From the NCBI RefSeq assembly GCF_009914755.1, contig NC_060936.1: a stretch of 64,000 nt of DNA; one strand, 5' to 3'. The stretch is from the human T2T-CHM13v2.0 reference genome, Homo sapiens. The translations under genes were made by a program, and so were the position numbers. The notes under the pieces were generated by a model that saw nothing but the letters and a program-made list of their open reading frames with translations, had not been told where the DNA came from and did not search any database. Below, piece after piece: positions 52,841 through 64,000 of this stretch. Position 1 is the stretch's first letter, and every line of letters starts with the position of its first letter.

Positions 52841-53929
52841 CTGAACTGTACACTTAGAAATGATTAAAATGGTTTTTTTCTTTTTCTCTTATTAAAGTTA
52901 TTTTAAATTGACATTTATATGTTTATGGGGTACAATGTGATATTTGGATACATATATATTGTGTAATGGTCATATCAAGCTAATTAGCATAGCCATCATT
53001 TGAAATATTTATCTTTTCTGTGGTGAGAACATTTAAAATCCTCTCTTTTAGCTATTTTTAAGTATACAGTATATTATTATTAACTGTCATCACCTTGCTA
53101 TGCAGTAGAACACCAGACTTATTCCTCTTGTCTAACTGAAACTTTGTACCTGTTGACAAACATCTTCCCTTTCCCTCTTTACTCCCCAAAATGGTAAATT
53201 TTATATGTATTTTACCAGTAAATAAAATTAGGAGGAAAAAAGAACCAACATAAAAATGGGCTTCAAGTGATGCTCCTCAGAAAGAAGGAAGTTGCCTTAT
53301 TTCAATTGCTTATTTTGTTTTGTAAGAATTATTGTGGCAAGGACTTCCTTCTTCCAAACCAAATTCTTAGCTGAAATATTTATAACGTTTATTTTCAGGG
53401 GCAGGGAGAGGATGGGTATGATTTCCTATGCTCTGTTTGCATGTTCATTCCCAAACAGATACAACCTTATCAAGGCTCGTGCACTTAATTAAAGTGGGGG
53501 GCAGGTGGTGAAAATAGTGTTTTGGTGTACACAAGGTTAAACTGCATCATACCGCTGCCAAAGGCTACACACTCTGCTTGGTGCTTTCCCATGGCTGGTA
53601 ATTTAATTTTATGACAGTCTCCGAGTTGTGTATTTTCATTCTAATACTAAGTTGTGCAATTCAGAGGACCTAGATTCGCCTCCAGAGTCCAGGACTCCCT
53701 GCAGCCATGCTGCCTCTTTTGAGAACTGACCTCAGCTGAGTTGTTTATGCATCATGAGTTGCCATAGTCCACAGTGCTAATAGAGGGGAACTACAGGTTC
53801 CCTCTCCCACAATTTTACCATCTAGCATGGCCATGAACACAACTTACAGATTGAATTCTGCCACACATATAAACATTTAATGGCCAGCAGGCACAAAAAC
53901 ATCACACAACCTTGTTCTGTAAGCTCCCA

Positions 53930-54128
53930 AACTGCTGTGCAACAGGATGGCCAGTAGCTACATGCGGCTACTAAAATTTAAATGGAATTAAACAAAAATT
54001 GATTCTTCAGTCACATTAGCCACATTTCAAGTGGTTAGTGACCACCTGAACTAGTGGCTACCTTATTAGTCAGGCGAACAAAATATTTATGTCATCTTAG
54101 AAAGTCCTGTTGGACAGAGCTGCTCTAG
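53930..54128. mobile_element. MER3-like hAT element
   Basis: cagtcacattagccacatttcaagtg...ttggacagagctgctctag. Confidence 0.7.
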
Positions 54129-55360
54129 ACAGTCCCTGTGCTCTCTCCTTTGGTTGGATCTGGAGAACATTGAACAAAAAGTTTCATTAGAAGCAGATGG
54201 GACAATATTCTAGCATCAGGATTGGGCTAACTTTCTTGACAGCATGAGGTGACTAAATTTCCTCCAAAGCATCTAGAGACAGGACTGGGGAGAGTCTTCA
54301 GCTGAGGACCCCATTTCCCCCTCCCCACCCAACTTTATTGAGGTATAATTGACACATAAAAATTGTATATATTTAAGGTGTACAGTGTGATGATTTCATG
54401 TATGCAGACACTGTGAAATGATTACCACAATCAAGTTTATTAACACATCCATCACCTCACTGTGTGTGAAATCTACTATTGTAGCAGATTTTAAGTATAT
54501 AATAGAATATTAACTATGGTCACCATGCTGTACATCAGATCCCCAGAACTTCATGGTCTGAGGGCACCCTTTTGAAAGGTTTAGACAACTGGGCTAGATA
54601 GATTCTTATTTTCAGGTTATGCAAGAGTGGGGAAGTCTGTATAATACTTAGAGCCTGTTGTGAACACCATTTTATCAATGAAAAATCATTTGCAGCATTC
54701 AATATTCTAAGTAACAACCCTCTGGTAGTCATCAGAGATAAACATGGTTGACTTGGTTTTCTGTTTATGTGAGCTTTTGATCAGCCATTCAAATGCTAAC
54801 TACCCCACGGTATAGGTTAAAAATAATTATCACCCTTATGTCACAAAAATACCCATGTTGAAGTATTTTGAGAAATTGCAGACAATATGACTGTCTGTGT
54901 ATAGATGGCCTCATTTAGTTTTTGCAACAACCATTTCCAGTAGAAATTGCAGGTATTAATCTCATTTTTGTCTCTATTGAATTCTCCAGTATCCTGTGGC
55001 CAGGCTATTGCATGATGGAACCAGTTGCTAAAGAAATGCAAATTATTTGTACAGTTGCCAAGCAAATAAACATACAGCCTTTCTTATTGTATTTTATAAT
55101 GTCAAGGCTCCTACATACTTTGGGCCAAGCCCGATAGTGCTTCATGCAACACCAAATACAGGCAACCTGCAGTCCTCTCCTAGCTCTCTATTGGAATATT
55201 TTCCGTATTTTTCAAATTTTTATTAATTCAGCAACTGTGTGCATGCCAGTTGAGTGCCTGTCAGGTTCCAGGCCCTGCATCCTGCCACTTCTAGCAGCAG
55301 CAGGTTCATTTTTAACCTAGCTTTGCTGCATCTGTAAAATAGAGATGATAATGTTCTCTT

Positions 55361-58400
<3,040 letters not shown>

Positions 58401-61177
58401 TTATATTCAGCATGCAGCCAAGTACTTCTAAAACTCTGATCAGAACTGCATGTCTCAGATTTTATTTTAGAAAACCATAGGTATGGAATATCATATTTTA
58501 TTATGAAGGCCTTTTAATTTGCTGCTTTATAGAAGTCTCAACTCTAAAACTGTACTCATGGTCATCATCCAGTGTTCTTTAGAAATGGCATCCTCATCTG
58601 CCCATCTTTTCAGTACCACAGGCTGGCCTCATCCTGGACGTCATTCCTTCTCTCACACACTTTCATTCCTGCATACAGTCACTCAGAAAGTCCCGTCAGT
58701 CCCATATCCTAACATATGTTACATCTGTCTACTTCTGTTGCCTTCACTACCTCCACCTGGTCCAGTCTACCAACTCCCAACTGGCTCTTCCCACATCTTC
58801 TCGGGATCCCTTCTGGTTATTATTGTATAGGAGGCAGAGAGACTTTTTTTTTTAGAAACACAAATCATATTTAGGTACTTAAGACCTGTCAATGGCATCT
58901 GACTGTTTTTAAGATAATCTTTAAATTCTCAAAATGGTCCCATGGGCCCTGCATGACATGGCCTCACCCACATTTTCAGGCTCATTTGCAGCCATTTCCC
59001 CTTTTGTTCTCTACACTCCGGTCCCACTGACTGTTTCACTTCCTGAACTGAAGGTGTTTAAAGCCACTGCTCTTCACTGAGATAATCCTAGATGAATATC
59101 CCAGGGGTATCCATAGAGAAGAGGGTGAATGTGACACTTGCAGATGACATTTTAATTAAGATTAAAACTGACAAATGGCCCCAGTCTATTGCTTTTTGAA
59201 AACAAGGTCTTGGGAAAGAACCACTACTTGTCCTTGGAGAGCCTGGGCGAATTAGAAAATGGTGCCCCTCCAGGTGAATGCAGCCCCCAAGCTGCATGGA
59301 TTGGATTTCAGCGTCTGTGCACCCAGGGTGAGACACTCTGTGAAGGACATGACCTGCACAGCCAGAATGGTGACCTCCTCTGGAGATCTCAGTCAGTTTG
59401 CTTCCAAATTAAAACAAGTTTGGAAGCAAATTTGGCTAGGATGACATTGTATATTTACCTTTCCAAGCCAGCATGGTTCTGTCTATGATGCTAGTTCTGT
59501 AGCTATTTTTCAGAGTTGAAGACCAGGTGTGATTTACAACCTAGAGTGTCTCTAGCTGCTGGCATCTAAGTTTGGCACTGAGCACTTAAAGTGCCCAGAC
59601 CATGATGTTTTACTGTGTGGAGGAAGGCCTCGTTGGAGAGGCACAATGTTTTTTCATCTGACATGTTTGCTCTTGTGGAAATGGCTTGAAGTATTTGAGT
59701 GCTGGCAGCAGAAAACATGGGAGGAGACTTAATTCTTGCTGAGTATGAATGATCCTATACAAATTAAAACTGATCACTTTTAAAGGCCGTATAAAACTAT
59801 TCATCAATCATTAGATTGCTTTGATGTATATATCATATATCTGTGTGTCTCTACCAGGATCCTAGCATGAACCTCTCCCTGAACAAACACTGAATAAATA
59901 TTGCTATGATTTTGCTTATACTTTTGTCATTGACTTAGAGACAGTTTTGTTTCTTGTTTTTAACTCTGTGTTGAATATGAGTTCAGTTAGTTTTCTGTTT
60001 TTTATGTTTATGGAAGTACCTCAATTTTACTAATGGTGAGGCGGGGAATATAGGAAAGTATGAAAAACAACCACACATGCACAATTGCTTTGTAATTTCA
60101 AACTCTAATGGACACTCTCTGGAGGTGATTGCCATATCTCTCAGTAGGAACAGAATTTGAATCTGGGAGCAAGTAATCAGTCTGTAAATGTTTGTTATGA
60201 TACTGGAATTGCCAAATATGCTGTATCTAATTGAATTTCATTACTGGGGCATGAAAGGCAGTTGGCTGAATGTTGTCACTGAAAAGAATATATTGTGGAC
60301 AGCAGATTGTTGCCTATATAGTGCTTGTATAAAAACCCTATATCCAAATAAGGTCACATTCTGAGGTTCTGGGGCTTAGGATTTCAACATATAAATTTTG
60401 GAAGGACACAATTAAACCCATCACACCATCCATAGTTGAACCTCAACACAAATTAGCCTCAGAAATCAAGCTGTATTTATTTTGTGTTTTTTTAGCTATG
60501 CTTATTTTGGAATTGTATATAAACTGAACCTATTTCCATAAAGTAGTTGAATTTTATTCCTTTTTTCCAGACCCAATAGACCTCATGGTATTAGTTCTGC
60601 AGTCAACATTGTGCTTGCTCTCTCTCGCTCTCTGACTCTCTGACTCTATCTTGCTCTCTCTCTCTCTCTCATGTTTCATGAGTCATTAGGCCAAAAAGTA
60701 TTAGGTAAATGAAAGCAAATATGACAGCAGCTCCTTGAACAAGGGGACCACTTCTTTCCCCCTCAAGTCCATGACCTGTAACATGTCTAACATTCCAGTT
60801 CTGAGGATTTTAAAAGTAGTTAGTTGATCTGTAGTGTGTTTTCACTTGACATCTTGCTTTAGTTACGCCATTCTTGCATATCCCTCATTTTCCACATTAG
60901 CCTCGTTTAGTTGTGCAGTTTTGACATTCACAGCTCTCCAGTGCTTTGGATTGAATGTTTATACCAAGAAATTGCAGCTGGCTTTTCTAGCAGGTCATTC
61001 TGATGTTGTCCAGGGATGCCATCAGAGGTGCAGGTTCTTGAAGCACCTTTTATACTATCTTCCTTTTCTACTCTGGGCCTTTCCCAGTTTCTGGGAGGTC
61101 AAGGCATCTGCCAAGCCTCTCTCTCTGCAGCCCACTGACATCAGGCATACTTGTATGCTCCATCTGTACTTTATTGC

Positions 61178-61495
61178 TTTTTGTTTGTCTGTTTGTTTGT
61201 TTGTTTGTTTGTTTTGAGACGGGGTCTCACTCTGTCACCCAGGCTGAAGTGCAATGGTGCAATCACAGCTCACTGCAGCCTCGACCTCCCAGACTCAAGT
61301 GATCCTCCAACCTCAGCCTCCTGAGTAGCTGGGACTACAGATGTGTGTCACCACACCCAGCTAATTTTTGTTTGTTTTAATAGAGATAAGGTCTCACTAT
61401 GTTGCCTGGCTGGTCTTGAACTCCTGGGCTTAAGCGATCCTCCTGCCTCTGCCTCCAAAAGTGCTGGGATTACAGGTGTAAGCCATGGCGCCCAG
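61178..61495 (-). mobile_element. AluJ with (TTTG)n tail
   Basis: TSD ctcca(t/c)ctgtactt. Confidence 0.88.
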
Positions 61496-61777
61496 CTCCA
61501 CCTGTACTTCAAAACTCACCCTACTCCCTGTTCCCGAAGCATGTCACGTGCTAATGTGACTGGTATGTACCCTCTTAGCTTCTGGGCCCTGAAATACAAC
61601 CCATATTTTGTTCCCCCTATCCTAAGAGATCAGGTGGAATGGAAGATTGTCTCCCTTTTTATTAAATGAGTCAAATTTTGTCTCTCCTCAAGTATATTCC
61701 AAAATATCAGTAACCTGTTAATAAAACGGCTTATCCCTTCAGAAAACAGAATTTAGGGTGGGTTAGATAATACACAT

Positions 61778-61778
<1 letters not shown>

Positions 61779-61808
<30 letters not shown>
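61779..61808. repeat. (ATC)10 microsatellite
   Basis: Direct reading. Confidence 0.9.
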
Positions 61809-61810
<2 letters not shown>

Positions 61811-62592
61811 TACCTCTCTAAGCCTGTAGCAGGGTGGAATAGCATGAGCTATTGATTGTATCTGAGCAGAGGAATGCTTGGTACCCCATATCTCTAGAAG
61901 AAATTAGGTGGCTTGAGAGGCTCTTTTAGGTCTGAATAATTTCAGTGCCAAAGACCAAAACCCCTTCATAAACTGCAGTTAGACTCTCCCTGATTGCCAT
62001 GCCTGGCTTTCTGTTGGAGAAAATCCTAGAGGAAAACAGAAACTCCCAAGGAGCTGGGTAGCCAAGAGAGGAGCCCAGACCTTCCATCTTCCATCTGGTG
62101 ACCTGATGGTTCTGGCATTTGACTTCTCTGAAGATAAGAAACCCTGGGTATTACACATAAATTCCAATATCTGAATTGACAAAAGTACTCTCTCCAGGGT
62201 AGATATGCTATCAGAGCTTAGATGTAAGGATGTTTTAAAAATTTCATTCACAGAGCTGAAGTGTCAGGCCCAGCAATATTTCTTTGGCCCTTGACGTCAG
62301 TCCTGTGAGCTAGCTCTCCAGCACTAGGGACTATTCTTGTGTTTAGTTTTACCTCCTCTTTCTTGGGGTAGATCACAATCAAATAGCTCCCAGTTCCTTC
62401 CTTTGGGAAGACAATGACCTTGCCTTCCCCACACACATCCATAAAGCACTACTCCTTGGACTCCACACCCCAGGTCCAGAATAGTCAGGGTGGCTACTCT
62501 AGGACTAATCTCTCTTCCTATCTCCTGGTAAAATGGTTTTAGTAGATATTTGTCCCTAGCAGCTGTTAGTTTCCCCTCTCATCACTATATTA

Positions 62593-62907
<315 letters not shown>

Positions 62908-63369
62908 CTAGCCCAAGAATTCTTTAACTTTTTGCTTACACATTTGGGCCTTCCTTATTTTTCATAAGGAAAAATAAATTTTAACACTCTATTACTCTTT
63001 AATAGAGGGCAGGAATTGAAGCATCCTGAGATGAAGATAATTCAAAGACATCCAATACAGATGGCATAAATAGCAAAACTTTGAAAAGTATATTGTTCCC
63101 CAGCCTTGTTTTTAGGCTCAAATAAACACCCCATTAAGTAGAATGTATACCCTGATCACTTAGAATACTCAAGTTTCGAGGTGCCACTTAAAAATAAGGC
63201 AGATGCTGTACTTAGCTAGGGAAAAGGTATGTCTCTGGCAGGTGGGATCCCTTCACCAGGTCCATGAGATGGACTTAATTGGAAGCAAATACAGAATTGG
63301 AGATGGTCAATCAAACGGAAGCTCCTCAGTTCCTAGATCAGTTTCTGGTACATGGTAAGTGGGTAAATG

Positions 63370-63502
63370 GTAGGTAAATGAGATATACTCCTTGAGTAAA
63401 GTAGGTAGGTAGGTAGGTAAATGAGAAATACTCTTTGAATAAAGAGTAGGCAAATGAGAAATACTCTTTGGTAGGTAAATGAGAAATACTCTGTGAATAA
63501 AG
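63370..63502. repeat. Four-copy minisatellite, core GTAGGTAAATGAGAAATACTCT
   Basis: Copies start at 63370, 63413, 63446 and 63471. Confidence 0.9.
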
Positions 63503-63504
63503 TA

Positions 63505-63802
63505 CAGTTGTCCCTTGGTATCCATGGAAGATTTTTTCTAGGCTCTCCTGAGGATCCCAAAATCAATAGAGGCTCAAGTTCCTTATATAAAATGATGTAG
63601 TATTGGCATATAACCTACATACATCCTACTATATACATTAAGTCATCTCTAGATTACTTAGAATACCTACCACAATGCACATGCTATGTAAATAGTTGCT
63701 ATACTGTATTTTAAAATTTGTATTTGTTTTTCTTTGAATATTTTAAATTTGTGGTTGGTTAAATTCATGGATATGAAATCTGTGGATATGGAGGGCTGAC
63801 TA
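63505..63802. mobile_element. MER2 (Tigger-family) DNA element
   Basis: TA|cagttgtcccttggtatccatgg...gatatggagggctgacta|TA. Confidence 0.85.
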
Positions 63803-64000
63803 TACATATATATATATATAATTATGTATATGAGTAAATGTATGAATTTATTCATGTCACTTTGGAGCACTAGTCATGAGACAGTAAAATGTGGAAAATC
63901 CTGACTATATTGGTCTTTTGGTAGCCCTGCCCATGTCACTCAACATGTAGCTGTGGTAAAAGCAAGTTTTCAAGTTCCTGTCAAGACAGTTCAACACATT

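Noticed and set aside
62292-62299. Full CRE TGACGTCA as a CREM element for C12orf71
   Set aside because: A single 8-mer about 14 kb from the candidate promoter; expected by chance and no supporting context.
63370-63502. CRISPR-like repeat array
   Set aside because: Human DNA, no unique spacers of regular length, no cas genes; it is a minisatellite.

Overview
Human (primate) genomic DNA, dominated by repeats: L1PA/L1M, more than 30 Alus, MaLR/ERVL LTRs, MIR/L2 and DNA transposons. One protein-coding gene is supported. It is a minus-strand, two-coding-exon gene (46545-46030 + 45529-45236; 269 aa; 500-nt GT-AG intron; tandem AATAAA) that I recognise as C12orf71, which from recall lies at chr12p11.23 between MED21 and STK38L. 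The window also holds an HMGN1 processed pseudogene split by an internal L1 fragment, an essentially full-length HSMAR2 mariner and a near-consensus AluYa5. I find no evidence of a new multi-gene system. The best leads are: (i) a fossil in-frame 40-codon extension of C12orf71 exon 1 ending at a dead splice donor; (ii) a perfect RFX X-box next to a Z-DNA/E-box tract about 1.7 kb upstream, plus a splice acceptor just before the ATG, implying an upstream non-coding exon; (iii) several footprints of templated or non-canonical DNA repair; and (iv) a dense non-B-DNA cluster at 26.0-27.9 kb. Repeat subfamily calls and boundaries were made by eye and are approximate. Gene and repeat identities come from recall, not database searches.
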